Assembly: GCA_016931515.1 (NCBI GenBank)
Contig: JAFGEQ010000011.1
Coordinates: 488 to 64,487 of the forward strand
From: a candidate division CSSED10-310 bacterium
GTDB taxonomy: Bacteria > CSSED10-310
Length of the DNA: 64,000 nucleotides
Reading direction: 5' to 3'
Below the pieces are notes generated by a model. It was not told where the DNA came from and searched no databases. It saw only the letters and a program-made list of their open reading frames with translations. Position numbers and translations under genes: made by a program. Positions 30,722-40,427 of the stretch are shown here, piece after piece; the stretch's first letter is position 1; each line of letters starts with the position of its first letter.

Positions 30722-31876
30722 ATGTGGGATGTCATTGTTGTTGGTATGGGTCCGGCGGGTAGCACTGCCGCCCGGGTTGCAGCACAACACGGAATGAACG
30801 TTCTGGGTATTGACAGGGCCAGGTTTCCAAGGCACAAACCCTGTGCGGCGGGATTGACGGGAAGAGCTGCACGGCTGCTTCCACTCAGTCCTGAACAATA
30901 TCAGGAAGTATCCGTTAAACGGATTCGGATCATGCTGGGTGACAACCCGCCAATTAAAATCGACAGTCCGGCTAATTTGATGACTACAACGAGACGGGAT
31001 GTTCTGGATACAGCGCTGTTGAAACATGCGGTTGACGCGGGGGTCAGAATTATTGAGGGATGCCGGGTCAATCGGATCACTACGAACAGCCGGAGCGTTG
31101 AGGTGTTTTTCGATGGCGGCAGTGAACGGACTCACCGGTTGATAGGTTGCGATGGTGCAAACAGCATCGTCAGACGGATTCTCCAATCAAAACACCCCCG
31201 CTGTTATCCAGCCTGGGAGGCGGAATATCGGTTACCGGATGATATTGATGCAGAAACGCAATTGGATGCGGTTTTTGATTTGGGGGTGGTGCGTCGCGGA
31301 TATGGATGGATTTTTCCGAAAAAGCGGTCGGTATCGGTGGGACTCGCCGGATTATTCGAATCGCGAAAGACTATGGAGAAAGCGTTTCAGGATCTGCTGA
31401 AACATATTCCTGGACATATCGGATGGGAGTGTATCCGAAAAACTGGTCATACAATTCCTGTGTATAATTCACGCAACATCATTGCCGGTGATCGTGTGCT
31501 TCTGGCCGGAGATGCGGGGAGCCTTGTGGACCCTTTTCTGGGTGAAGGTTTGTATTACGCATTGAGGAGTGGAGACATCGCCGGCAGATGGGTTGCAGGC
31601 AAGCATGACGGAATTGGTGAGGGGATGAACGGTTATCAGACAATCATCAAGGAAACCATCGGGAGGGAATTGGTGATAGCCGGTCGATTAGCCCGAATTG
31701 TGTATTCGGTCCCCGGATGGATGCATCACATGGCTGCACATCACCCATCAATACTGTTTCAGTTCGCAGACTGTCTCGCCAATGACAACGGATACACTGG
31801 TTTTCTCAAAACTCTCCCGTTTCCATGGAAACTGGCATTTGGAGATTATTTATTACGATGGAAAAGGGCGCACTGA
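30722..31876 (+). CDS. Geranylgeranyl reductase family FAD-dependent oxidoreductase
   Basis: VGMGPAGS, FPRHKPC, GCDGANS, GYGWIFPK, GDAGSLVDPFLGEGLYYA. Confidence 0.88.
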   Translation: MWDVIVVGMGPAGSTAARVAAQHGMNVLGIDRARFPRHKPCAAGLTGRAARLLPLSPEQYQEVSVKRIRIMLGDNPPIKIDSPANLMTTTRRDVLDTALLKHAVDAGVRIIEGCRVNRITTNSRSVEVFFDGGSERTHRLIGCDGANSIVRRILQSKHPRCYPAWEAEYRLPDDIDAETQLDAVFDLGVVRRGYGWIFPKKRSVSVGLAGLFESRKTMEKAFQDLLKHIPGHIGWECIRKTGHTIPVYNSRNIIAGDRVLLAGDAGSLVDPFLGEGLYYALRSGDIAGRWVAGKHDGIGEGMNGYQTIIKETIGRELVIAGRLARIVYSVPGWMHHMAAHHPSILFQFADCLANDNGYTGFLKTLPFPWKLAFGDYLLRWKRAH

Positions 31877-31909
31877 TCACTTCTATCCGGTACGACGCAA
31901 ATGTGAAAT

Positions 31910-32485
31910 TTAAAAAGATAGATCCGTATTGTCGAATACAAGTGTCGATGAGCGAACGAAGCGTTCACCGCCGGGGGTTCGCCATCGCACTTCGATCGTT
32001 ACTCCCTTGGTCTCGAAGTCAGGAACATTCAATCCGGTTGGGCTGCCAGGTCTCAAATCGGCGGGAAACTCCATCGAATCAAACATTGTCGGATCATCGA
32101 TGTCGATGGTCCGAGTAAAGAAATATCCCTGTTTCTGGATAATATCGATCAGGCAGTTGCACCATGTCTGGAATCCGCATGGATTTGGAGCGACGTCCGT
32201 GCAAGGAGACATATTCACTTCCGGAAGAATATATGAATATTGAGTTGTCAGATCCGGATAATACGGTGCATCCATATAATGAACATCGCCAAAGTCCATT
32301 TGAGAAATACGTTCCATTTTCTCCTGCACCAGACTCATGGCAATGTTGCTGATGGTTGCCTGTTTTATCTGTGCCTGAGAATAAAAGAAAAATGGCAGGA
32401 TACCCATCAATGCCGTGGCTAAAATGGTCATTGAGATCATTAATTCGAGCAGTGTAAAACCGTCTTTGTTAAAAATTCGGGCCAT
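31910..32485 (-). CDS. Type IV prepilin-like protein (PilV-like)
   Basis: Class III signal KDG|FTLLELMI with Glu5 and a hydrophobic helix. Confidence 0.85.
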   Translation of the reverse strand: MARIFNKDGFTLLELMISMTILATALMGILPFFFYSQAQIKQATISNIAMSLVQEKMERISQMDFGDVHYMDAPYYPDLTTQYSYILPEVNMSPCTDVAPNPCGFQTWCNCLIDIIQKQGYFFTRTIDIDDPTMFDSMEFPADLRPGSPTGLNVPDFETKGVTIEVRWRTPGGERFVRSSTLVFDNTDLSF

Positions 32486-32512
32486 CGGGTGGATCCCTCC
32501 TATAACTAGTAA

Positions 32513-32542
32513 ATTATGGTCTGATTCAGGACTTCATGTCAA
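32513..32542 (-). promoter_or_regulatory. Putative sigma-70 promoter of the prepilin gene
   Basis: Minus strand TTGACA-N18-CATAAT. Confidence 0.5.
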
Positions 32543-32561
32543 GGAGGGACGGGTGATCTGA

Positions 32562-33509
32562 TCATTCTATCTGGTGTTTTTTTCTTTTTTCCAAAAGCGT
32601 TTTTCGGTTGATACCCAGTATCCTGGAAGCTTTGGATTTGTTGCCCCGCGTTTTCAGAAGAATTTTCTGGATGTACAATTTCTCAATCTGGTCAAGGCTC
32701 AAATTTTGCTCTGCCAATGTTTCCAGTGATGCATCAGATATAAAGTCGAAATCCAGATGGAGTTGGGAGGGTGTGATACAGGATGCGCCGTCATGTGTGA
32801 TGATCAGTCGTTCCATAAGATTTTCGAGTTCTCGGACATTACCCGGCCAGTTATAGGCGCAAAGCAGGTCGAGAGCTCCGGTGTCCAGCCTGGGTTGCGA
32901 TTTTTGATACTGCGATGCAAATTTGTCCAGAAAATGTTTTACGAGCAGCGGAATATCGGCAAGCCGTTTACGGAGTGGCGGAATGAATATAGGAATAATG
33001 CTGAGCCTGAAATAGAGATCTTCCCGGAAAGAACCTTGTCTGACAAGCCGGCCGAGATCCTGTCTTGAAGCGGCGATAAATCGTATATCGACGCTTGTTG
33101 TAGTATTCGAACCGACCGGCTCAAACTGCTTTTCCTGAAGAACGCGGGTCAGTTTAGCCTGAATGGCAGGATTCAGCTCGTTTATATGATCGAGATAGAC
33201 TGTTCCACCGTCAGCCGCTGACAGGCGGCCTTCCCGATCCTGGCTAGCGCTGCTGAATGCTCCCCGGACATGGCCGAAAAGTTCACTCTCCACCAGGTTC
33301 TCCGGAGTGGCGGATAAATCGATTTTTACAAAAGGTCGTGACTGGCGGGGACTCAGCGCATGAATGATGGCCGCCAGAAGATCCTTTCCGGTTCCACTCT
33401 CGCCGGTAATCTGGATGTTGGAATGATAGGGCGCGATCTGGTGCGCGGTACTGAGGATATTCAGCATCGTTGAATCCTGCGTTATCAACTCCGGAATCTC
33501 CTTTTTCAC
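32562..33509 (-). CDS. Sigma-54-interaction-domain (AAA+) Fis-type regulator without an input domain
   Basis: GESGTGKD, ESELFGH, FREDLYFRL, WPGNVRELEN, GNKSKASRILGI; GAFSSA replaces GAFTGA. Confidence 0.88.
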   Translation of the reverse strand: MKKEIPELITQDSTMLNILSTAHQIAPYHSNIQITGESGTGKDLLAAIIHALSPRQSRPFVKIDLSATPENLVESELFGHVRGAFSSASQDREGRLSAADGGTVYLDHINELNPAIQAKLTRVLQEKQFEPVGSNTTTSVDIRFIAASRQDLGRLVRQGSFREDLYFRLSIIPIFIPPLRKRLADIPLLVKHFLDKFASQYQKSQPRLDTGALDLLCAYNWPGNVRELENLMERLIITHDGASCITPSQLHLDFDFISDASLETLAEQNLSLDQIEKLYIQKILLKTRGNKSKASRILGINRKTLLEKRKKHQIE

Positions 33510-33512
33510 TGA

Positions 33513-33890
33513 TTATACCAGATCGGATGTTTCCGGTATGGCGGCCGACTCGAACTGCATCACTGTTGCATGCGTCCAGAGATTTTCAAGTCGATAAAAT
33601 GAACGAACCTTGTCCAGAAAAATGTGGATAACAATGTCATCGGAATCAATCAGAACCCACTGGTTCAACAGCTCTCCTTCGACATGCCGTACACCTTCAC
33701 CCATCTCCTTCAAACGAATACGGACATTTTCAGTAATCGCAGCAACCTGCCGTTCAGATAATCCGGAACAGATCAGAAATCCATCGATAATAACACCATC
33801 AAGTTTTCTCAAATCAAAACCAATGATGGACTCGGCTTTCTTCTCCCTCAGCACCTCGACTATTTTTGATATTTTGTCTTCAAAAGTAAT
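33513..33890 (-). CDS. rsfS: Ribosome silencing factor RsfS (probable ATT start at 33890; GTG at 33854 is the alternative)
   Basis: EKKA, ICSG.SERQV.AI, WVLIDSDDIVIHIF...RSFYRLENLW. Confidence 0.93.
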   Translation of the reverse strand: MTFEDKISKIVEVLREKKAESIIGFDLRKLDGVIIDGFLICSGLSERQVAAITENVRIRLKEMGEGVRHVEGELLNQWVLIDSDDIVIHIFLDKVRSFYRLENLWTHATVMQFESAAIPETSDLV

Positions 33891-34047
33891 AACAACCTCC
33901 TTTTTTCAATCGATCGACATTCTGTATCGACTCGAGCAAATTATCATTTTGGTTGAATTTATGTCAATTCGTTGTTAAAAGGGACCGGCAAACCGGAACT
34001 CCGGCAGTCTGCCGGAGAACGTTAGGCTCTTTTAAGTGATATTTTCA

Positions 34048-34076
34048 TTGACAGCCGGCCCGTGAATCCCTATGCT
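34048..34076 (+). promoter_or_regulatory. Sigma-70 promoter of the rplU-rpmA-obgE operon
   Basis: TTGACA-N17-TATGCT. Confidence 0.7.
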
Positions 34077-34127
34077 ACGCGTTTGCATTGGCACTCTCCC
34101 TTGTTGAGGGGTCTGGAGGATAAAAAA

Positions 34128-34442
34128 ATGTTTGCTATTATTGAGACTGGTGGAAAACAATATCGAGTTCAGAAAGACTCCGTTATTGACATCGAAAAAC
34201 TGACCGAGAGCCCCGGCCAGACCATTGATATCTCAAGGGTTCTCCTGATTGCGGAAGGCGAAAAAATTAACGCCGGAAAACCATACATCGTAGGTGCCAT
34301 GGTTCGCGCAACGATTCTCGAACAGTTTCGCGGCAAAAAAATACGTGTTTTTAAAATGAAACCCAAAAAACGCTATCGTCGACTCCAGGGACACCGGCAG
34401 TATTATACCCGGATCCGGATTGATGATATCATTTCCGAATAG
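34128..34442 (+). CDS. rplU: 50S ribosomal protein L21
   Basis: [14 protein letters not shown]...GHRQYYT; GGAGG upstream. Confidence 0.98.
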   Translation: MFAIIETGGKQYRVQKDSVIDIEKLTESPGQTIDISRVLLIAEGEKINAGKPYIVGAMVRATILEQFRGKKIRVFKMKPKKRYRRLQGHRQYYTRIRIDDIISE

Positions 34443-34453
34443 GAGGACTTCCC

Positions 34454-34711
34454 ATGGCACATAAAAAAGGTGGCGGAAGCTCCAGGAACGGCCGTGACAG
34501 CAAGAGTAAACGCCTTGGCCTGAAACGCGCGGACGGGCAGCAGGTTCTGGCCGGTAATATTCTTGTCAGACAGCGAGGAACACGATTCCATCCGGGTGTG
34601 AATGTGGGCAAGGGAGGGGATGACACCCTGTTTGCGACTGCATCCGGTAAAGTCGCTGTCATCAATCGCAGAGGCCGCCGATACATCAACGTAGAATCTG
34701 TGACGGAGTGA
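34454..34711 (+). CDS. rpmA: 50S ribosomal protein L27
   Basis: [20 protein letters not shown]. Confidence 0.99.
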   Translation: MAHKKGGGSSRNGRDSKSKRLGLKRADGQQVLAGNILVRQRGTRFHPGVNVGKGGDDTLFATASGKVAVINRRGRRYINVESVTE

Positions 34712-34763
34712 CCGTAACAGGGGCTGCCGCCCGGCATGTTCCCAGGTCATGTGAGGAAAACGG

Positions 34764-35795
34764 GTGAGCTCTTTCGTTGATCAGGCCAGTATAGAAATAC
34801 ACTCAGGTAAAGGTGGCGCAGGATGCGTCAGTTTTCGCAGGGAGAAATATATTCCGCGTGGTGGTCCTGACGGAGGAAACGGCGGCCGGGGTGGCGATGT
34901 CATTTTCATTGTCTCACCACAGCACCGGACATTGCTTGATTTCAAATATCAAAAGAGCTTCTCCGCAGGGAACGGTAAACCTGGCGCGAAATCGAATTGC
35001 CATGGGAAGGATGGGCATGATGCCCACATACCTGTTCCGCCCGGCACGATGATTATTTCTGAAGAAACCGGTGAAATTCTCGCGGATCTTACAGAACCCG
35101 GGCAACGGATTGTTCTGGCAGTCGGCGGCAGGGGAGGGATGGGTAATTCCCACTTTGCCACAGCAACTCACCAGGTCCCACGGTTTGCGCAGCCCGGAGA
35201 ACCCGGCCAGTCGTTAGCCGTGCGACTGGAATTAAAACTCATTGCAGATGTTGGATTAGTGGGTTTCCCAAACGCCGGAAAGTCGACCTTCATCTCAGTA
35301 ATATCAAACGCTCGCCCCAAAATCGCGGATTATCCATTCACCACGTTAACTCCGAATCTGGGTGTGGTTCGACGCGGTAGCGGCAGGGAGTTTATAGTGG
35401 CTGACATCCCGGGGATCATCGAAGGATCTCATGAAGGAAAAGGTCTGGGTGATCGATTTCTGCGACATATTGAACGTACCGCGCTGATCCTGCTTCTGGT
35501 GGACTCATCACCGATTGCAGAGCCCAAACCGGAACATGCGGTTCGGATGCTGATACATGAACTCAAGAAATACAAAGAATCCCTTGAACTCCGTGTCAGC
35601 GCTGTAATCGCAACCAAAACCGATACAATACCGGATGATGACACGGCACAGGTTGCTGCTCTTCAGTCTGAAGCGGAAAATAGGAACCTGGCTTTTTTCG
35701 ACATCTCGTCGGTTGCACGAGTCCATATTGATGATGTTCTCGATTTTATAGAAAAAACTTTGGTTGAAAAGAGACGTCAGGAGACGGCAGACTGA
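34764..35795 (+). CDS. obgE: GTPase ObgE/CgtA
   Basis: FRREKYIPRGGPDGG, GFPNAGKST, YPFTTLTPNLG, DIPG. Confidence 0.98.
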   Translation: MSSFVDQASIEIHSGKGGAGCVSFRREKYIPRGGPDGGNGGRGGDVIFIVSPQHRTLLDFKYQKSFSAGNGKPGAKSNCHGKDGHDAHIPVPPGTMIISEETGEILADLTEPGQRIVLAVGGRGGMGNSHFATATHQVPRFAQPGEPGQSLAVRLELKLIADVGLVGFPNAGKSTFISVISNARPKIADYPFTTLTPNLGVVRRGSGREFIVADIPGIIEGSHEGKGLGDRFLRHIERTALILLLVDSSPIAEPKPEHAVRMLIHELKKYKESLELRVSAVIATKTDTIPDDDTAQVAALQSEAENRNLAFFDISSVARVHIDDVLDFIEKTLVEKRRQETAD

Positions 35796-36463
35796 TGAGA
35801 ATCGGTATATGCGGAGGTACATTCGATCCTATTCATACCGGTCATCTGCTTGTCGGTCAGGAAGCCGGTGAACGGCTCAGTCTTGACAAGGTCATTTATA
35901 TCCCGGCAAAAATCCCTCCGCATAAACTTGATGCTCGGATTACGCATGCTGAACAGCGGCTGAAAATGATTCGACTGGCTATTCGTGGTAATGCTCTTTT
36001 CGATGTTGACGATCTGGAAGTGATGCGAGCGGGACCATCGTTTACGATAGAAACTCTTGAGTATCTGACTGACAGGTATCCGGGTAGCGATCTGTTTTTT
36101 CTGATGGGTCAGGACACGTTTATCGAAATAGAAACCTGGCATCGGTATGCGGATTTGTTTGATTTATGCCGGATTGTTGTCGTAACTCGACCCGGTACCG
36201 GCAAGATAAACAGTTCTCAGTATATTGATCCGGTGCGGGACTATCTTCTGAACGCGACTATTCGTCTTGATGATCCATCCATGGCAGAACAGAATGGACT
36301 TGCTTCGCTTGACTGGAAAGTGTGCTTGATGACTATTCCCGCTCTGGATATTTCCGCATCCCAAATCCGATTGCGCGTGTCACAAAATCGGTCCATCCGA
36401 TATCTTGTTCCGGAGCTGGTGAGAAAGCATATTGAACACACCGGTCTGTACCAATCCAAATGA
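35795..36463 (+). CDS. nadD: Nicotinate-nucleotide adenylyltransferase
   Basis: GGTFDPIHTGH, PPHK, ISASQIR. Confidence 0.95.
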   Translation: MRIGICGGTFDPIHTGHLLVGQEAGERLSLDKVIYIPAKIPPHKLDARITHAEQRLKMIRLAIRGNALFDVDDLEVMRAGPSFTIETLEYLTDRYPGSDLFFLMGQDTFIEIETWHRYADLFDLCRIVVVTRPGTGKINSSQYIDPVRDYLLNATIRLDDPSMAEQNGLASLDWKVCLMTIPALDISASQIRLRVSQNRSIRYLVPELVRKHIEHTGLYQSK

Positions 36464-36466
36464 TGG

Positions 36467-37264
36467 GTGAAATCGATGAGAATATTGATGACGAATGATG
36501 ATGGTATTCACGCTCGCGGTTTGCATGAACTGGCTTCGATATTATCTCTGGAACACGAGATATCGATCGTGGCTCCTGACAGTGAGAGAAGTGCAGTCAG
36601 TCACGGGTTGACGATTCGTACGCCGTTGTTCATCCGGCAACACCCTGTTGGCACTCTCACGGGTTTTGCAGTCAGCGGCACACCGGCGGACTGTGTGAAG
36701 CTGGGTATCGATCAGCTGGTAGACCATGAGCCGGATCTGGTTGTATCGGGGATCAATAACGGATCAAACACGGGAGTCAACGTTTTCTATTCGGGAACGG
36801 TAGCCGCCGCTTTGGAAGCATCATTCTCCGGTATTCCCGCGATCGCAGTATCGATCGGTTCATTTACTCCTGAATATTTCAAGGACGCATCACGCATTAC
36901 CGGCAACATTATTCGGGAGTTAGATCCAGCGAGTTTCCCCCAGGGTCTTGTTCTAAACATCAATATACCGAATCTTGCGGAGTGTGATATTCGTGGAATC
37001 CGGATGACCCGCCAAAGTCGTATGAAGTTTAAAGACGCCTATCTGAGACGTGAAACTCCAAACCGCGTCCCTTACTTCTGGCTGGATGGTGATCACCCGG
37101 AAGAGATTGCCGATCTAAATCTCGATGAGTATGCTTTACGGAAAGGGTGGATCTCAGTCACTCCTCTGGTCGCCGATTTTAATGCACCCGAAGCTATTAA
37201 CGGGGAGGTCGCTCGATGGATTCAGTCAAACAGCCTTCTCGAAAAGTCCTTTTCGCCGCATTAG
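36467..37264 (+). CDS. surE: 5'/3'-nucleotidase SurE
   Basis: TNDDGI, GTPADCV, SGINNGSN..YSGTVAAA. Confidence 0.96.
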   Translation: MKSMRILMTNDDGIHARGLHELASILSLEHEISIVAPDSERSAVSHGLTIRTPLFIRQHPVGTLTGFAVSGTPADCVKLGIDQLVDHEPDLVVSGINNGSNTGVNVFYSGTVAAALEASFSGIPAIAVSIGSFTPEYFKDASRITGNIIRELDPASFPQGLVLNINIPNLAECDIRGIRMTRQSRMKFKDAYLRRETPNRVPYFWLDGDHPEEIADLNLDEYALRKGWISVTPLVADFNAPEAINGEVARWIQSNSLLEKSFSPH

Positions 37265-38112
37265 CAGCCAGTGTGCTGGCTATTTCTTCTGCAGCGACCC
37301 TGATCAAACTGGCCGATGCGCCTGCCCTCGTTGTCGCAGCGGGTCGAATGCTGATTGCGGCCATTTTGCTCTGGACATTGTCGCCATGGACCGGCGCTTT
37401 TCATCTCAAATCAGTGCCTTGGAAATCCGTTGGTCTGGCTGGTTTTTTCCTGGCCCTGCATTTCGGCTTCTGGATCACTTCCCTGACTTCAACGTCAGTG
37501 GCGAGTTCCCTTGTTCTTGTAACAATGAATCCCGTTGTTGTGGCGATTGGCTCAACGATTTTTCTGAGAGAACCCCCGACAAAACCGCTTCTTGCCGGAA
37601 CCGCACTGTCCATCGCAGGTTGCATGATTCTAGTTATAGGCGAAAGTTATACGATCAGTAATTCCCTGAACGGCAATCTGCTCGCTCTCGGAGGCGCAAT
37701 TGCGATGTCGTTTTACATGATGATCGGGCGGCATACATCCGGTAGACGGAAACAGCCGATCAATCTTCTCTGTTATCTGACCTGGATCTCAACAATCTCC
37801 GGCATTCTGCTGTTTGTGGGAGTGCTCATTTCCGGGGTTCCACTGTCAGGATATTCTTCGCATTCGGTGATGTTTATTGTTCTAATCGCTCTGCTTCCTC
37901 AACTGGTCGGTCATTCCCTTATCAATTGGTCTCTCCGGTACCTGCATACCTCCTATCTAGCGGCAGCCATCCTCATAGAACCTCTGGCGGGAACGATCAT
38001 CGCATTTCTCGTTATCGGGGAAACATTCTCCAGGTATTCTTTCTTTGGAGGCCTGTTGATTCTATCAGGTGTCGGCCTGGCATTCAGACGCGTGAAGGCT
38101 TCCAGTGGTTGA
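37216..38112 (+). CDS. DMT/EamA family transporter
   Basis: About 10 TM helices in two EamA repeats; LALHF..W..SL..TSVA, PQLVGHS. Confidence 0.9.
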   Translation: MDSVKQPSRKVLFAALAASVLAISSAATLIKLADAPALVVAAGRMLIAAILLWTLSPWTGAFHLKSVPWKSVGLAGFFLALHFGFWITSLTSTSVASSLVLVTMNPVVVAIGSTIFLREPPTKPLLAGTALSIAGCMILVIGESYTISNSLNGNLLALGGAIAMSFYMMIGRHTSGRRKQPINLLCYLTWISTISGILLFVGVLISGVPLSGYSSHSVMFIVLIALLPQLVGHSLINWSLRYLHTSYLAAAILIEPLAGTIIAFLVIGETFSRYSFFGGLLILSGVGLAFRRVKASSG

Positions 38113-38177
38113 CAGTCCGCACCGGAAAGAGATAATTTAATTATCGGGTTTTTTAACTTTTAAACAGGAATGGGCGT

Positions 38178-40358
38178 ATGAGTAACATAGAAGACCAAAG
38201 AACGGATCAATTCACACCCGTTAATCCGGAGGAATCCGAGCTTGAGCAATGGCTTGAGGAAGGATCCCGGAAACTGGCTGAAAAGCAGTTTCGTGACGCG
38301 ATCAAGCTTTTTGAGAAAGTGTTGAGAGTTGATCCCGACAATATGGCTGCGTTCGAGAAACTGTCTTTGGCTCGATCAATACAGGCGGACATGGATCACA
38401 TCGCCGAGTATCTGGCCATGGGTCGGGAGTTGATGAGTCAGCATGACTGGAGGGGTGCCAGTGAGGAGTTCCAGGCGGTGCTGTCGATTGATCCGAAGAA
38501 TGAAGAAGCGCTGGCTAGTTTGAAACAGACGCAGAGTCATCTTGGAGTGAACGACACAGAACGAGATGCATTGACGATTACAACCGGTGGTGAGGGAGTC
38601 TTTGATCTGGATTCCATGCCGACGGATCGAGAATATCACGGTTATTCGAATGACGACCAGGAAACGGCCATTCTGGGTGCGGGAGTGACATCTGAATTTC
38701 CCGACACGCAGGGCAGTCCGGATTTTCAGCGGAAACTCGAAGAAGCACTTAGAATATACGAGGCTGGAAATCTGGTTCGTTCTCGGGAGTTACTTGAGCA
38801 ACTCCGCCGTGATAATCCGAACCATTCCCAGATAAATTTTTACCTGACAGCAATTGATCACAAGCTTGAAACCGATAGCGTCAGAAAGGACCAATCCGGT
38901 GCTGAAAACATGTTCAAGCAGGGTATGGATCTTCTGGAGCAGCAAAAATTTGATGAAGCTCGGGATGCTTTCCAGAATGTATTGCGTGTCAGACCCGATT
39001 TCAGTCAGGCACAATTGATGCTGGATCGTATTGATACGATGGAGGGATCGACTCGTGCGGACAGGACTGCCTCACGAGTGGATGAAGCGGAGAGATCGAA
39101 CCGTTCGATGCCAAGAACCTCGAAAAGCGGAAAGATATCAGGTAAACAACTGCCCGGAAAACCGGTTAGGGGAGGTGGTCCGAACTGGGCTAAAATTGCT
39201 TTGATATGCGTACCTCTGATTGTGATTGCGGCTGTCGTTGCCTATTTGATGGTGATCTATCCCAAGGCCCGTTTTGATAACCTGATGAATCAGGCACGTT
39301 TCAAGATTGATCAAAAAGCGTATCTGGAAGCCATTTCCCTGCTGGAATCCGCGCTCGTTGTTCAACCGGAATCCATGGAAGCATTGGAAATGCTGGGTGT
39401 AGCCGGAATGGAAGGCGGAAAGCCGGAGAAGGCAATTCTCGCATATCAGACGGCTCTGGAGATAACTCCCGGCGAAAAAGACTTGATTATGAAGCTGGGT
39501 AATGCCCAGTACGAGAATCAGCAGTGGCAGGATGCAGAAAAATCCTACCGTCAACTGATTAGAGATATCAGGTATAAAGACGATGCGCTGTTTAAAATTG
39601 CCATGTCACTGAAGAACAGAAACCGCCTGGATGATGCGATTCGGTCATTCCTGGATGCTCTGAAATCGAACGAAGCAAATTCACGGGCTCATTTCGAACT
39701 GGCTCAGTGTTACGAACAGAAAGAGATGCTGCCTGAGGCGGAGACATCTTATCAGCAAGCCATCAATACCGATCCCAAGTTTGTTCAGGCATATGAGAAG
39801 TTGGGTGACTTTTACCGGCAGCATAACGAGTATGAGAAATCTGCTGAGATACTGAAAAAACTCCTCATCTGGTTCAAACCCACAACGGTTGAAAAATCAA
39901 AAAAGATTGCCCAGTTGCGGTTCGAACTGGGAGAAATGCAATATGAAGCGGGTGATTACCAGGGTGCTGTTGAGAGTTTTACAACTGTTATACAGATTGA
40001 ACCGAACATTGATGCGTTCCGGAATCTGGGACGAGCCCATTACAAAGCCGGGAAGCTGACGGAGGCTATTCTGGTGTGGCGGCGCGGCATCGAACTCGAC
40101 AATACGGATTATGATCTCTGGTTTCAAATCGGTACAGCACAACTTCGTATGGGCGATGTGACTGCTGCTGAAAACAGCTATAAGGAAGCCCTGCGAATAA
40201 AACCTGATTTTGTCAAAGCGCTGACAAATCTTGGTTTTATGTATTATCAAACGTATAAATACGATCTTGCCAGGCAACTCTGGCGTCAATCTCTCCAAAT
40301 TGAACCGGATCAGCCAACAGTCAAGGACAAACTGAAAGAGATCGATAAATCAAAATAA
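38178..40358 (+). CDS. Bitopic tetratricopeptide-repeat protein
   Basis: TPR motifs on both sides of a single TM (IALICVPLIVIAAVVAYLMVI). Confidence 0.85.
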   Translation: MSNIEDQRTDQFTPVNPEESELEQWLEEGSRKLAEKQFRDAIKLFEKVLRVDPDNMAAFEKLSLARSIQADMDHIAEYLAMGRELMSQHDWRGASEEFQAVLSIDPKNEEALASLKQTQSHLGVNDTERDALTITTGGEGVFDLDSMPTDREYHGYSNDDQETAILGAGVTSEFPDTQGSPDFQRKLEEALRIYEAGNLVRSRELLEQLRRDNPNHSQINFYLTAIDHKLETDSVRKDQSGAENMFKQGMDLLEQQKFDEARDAFQNVLRVRPDFSQAQLMLDRIDTMEGSTRADRTASRVDEAERSNRSMPRTSKSGKISGKQLPGKPVRGGGPNWAKIALICVPLIVIAAVVAYLMVIYPKARFDNLMNQARFKIDQKAYLEAISLLESALVVQPESMEALEMLGVAGMEGGKPEKAILAYQTALEITPGEKDLIMKLGNAQYENQQWQDAEKSYRQLIRDIRYKDDALFKIAMSLKNRNRLDDAIRSFLDALKSNEANSRAHFELAQCYEQKEMLPEAETSYQQAINTDPKFVQAYEKLGDFYRQHNEYEKSAEILKKLLIWFKPTTVEKSKKIAQLRFELGEMQYEAGDYQGAVESFTTVIQIEPNIDAFRNLGRAHYKAGKLTEAILVWRRGIELDNTDYDLWFQIGTAQLRMGDVTAAENSYKEALRIKPDFVKALTNLGFMYYQTYKYDLARQLWRQSLQIEPDQPTVKDKLKEIDKSK

Positions 40359-40370
40359 TTGTTTCCCTCC

Positions 40371-40410
40371 AAAAAAAAACAGCCGGATGGATAAGGTTCC
40401 ATCCGGCTGT
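40371..40410 (-). terminator. Intrinsic terminator of the S8 gene (possibly bidirectional)
   Basis: 13-bp stem ACAGCCGGATGGA/TCCATCCGGCTGT with an A9 tract on the left, giving a U-tail on the minus strand. Confidence 0.85.
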
Positions 40411-40427
40411 CTGCTTCTTAAAGGGTA

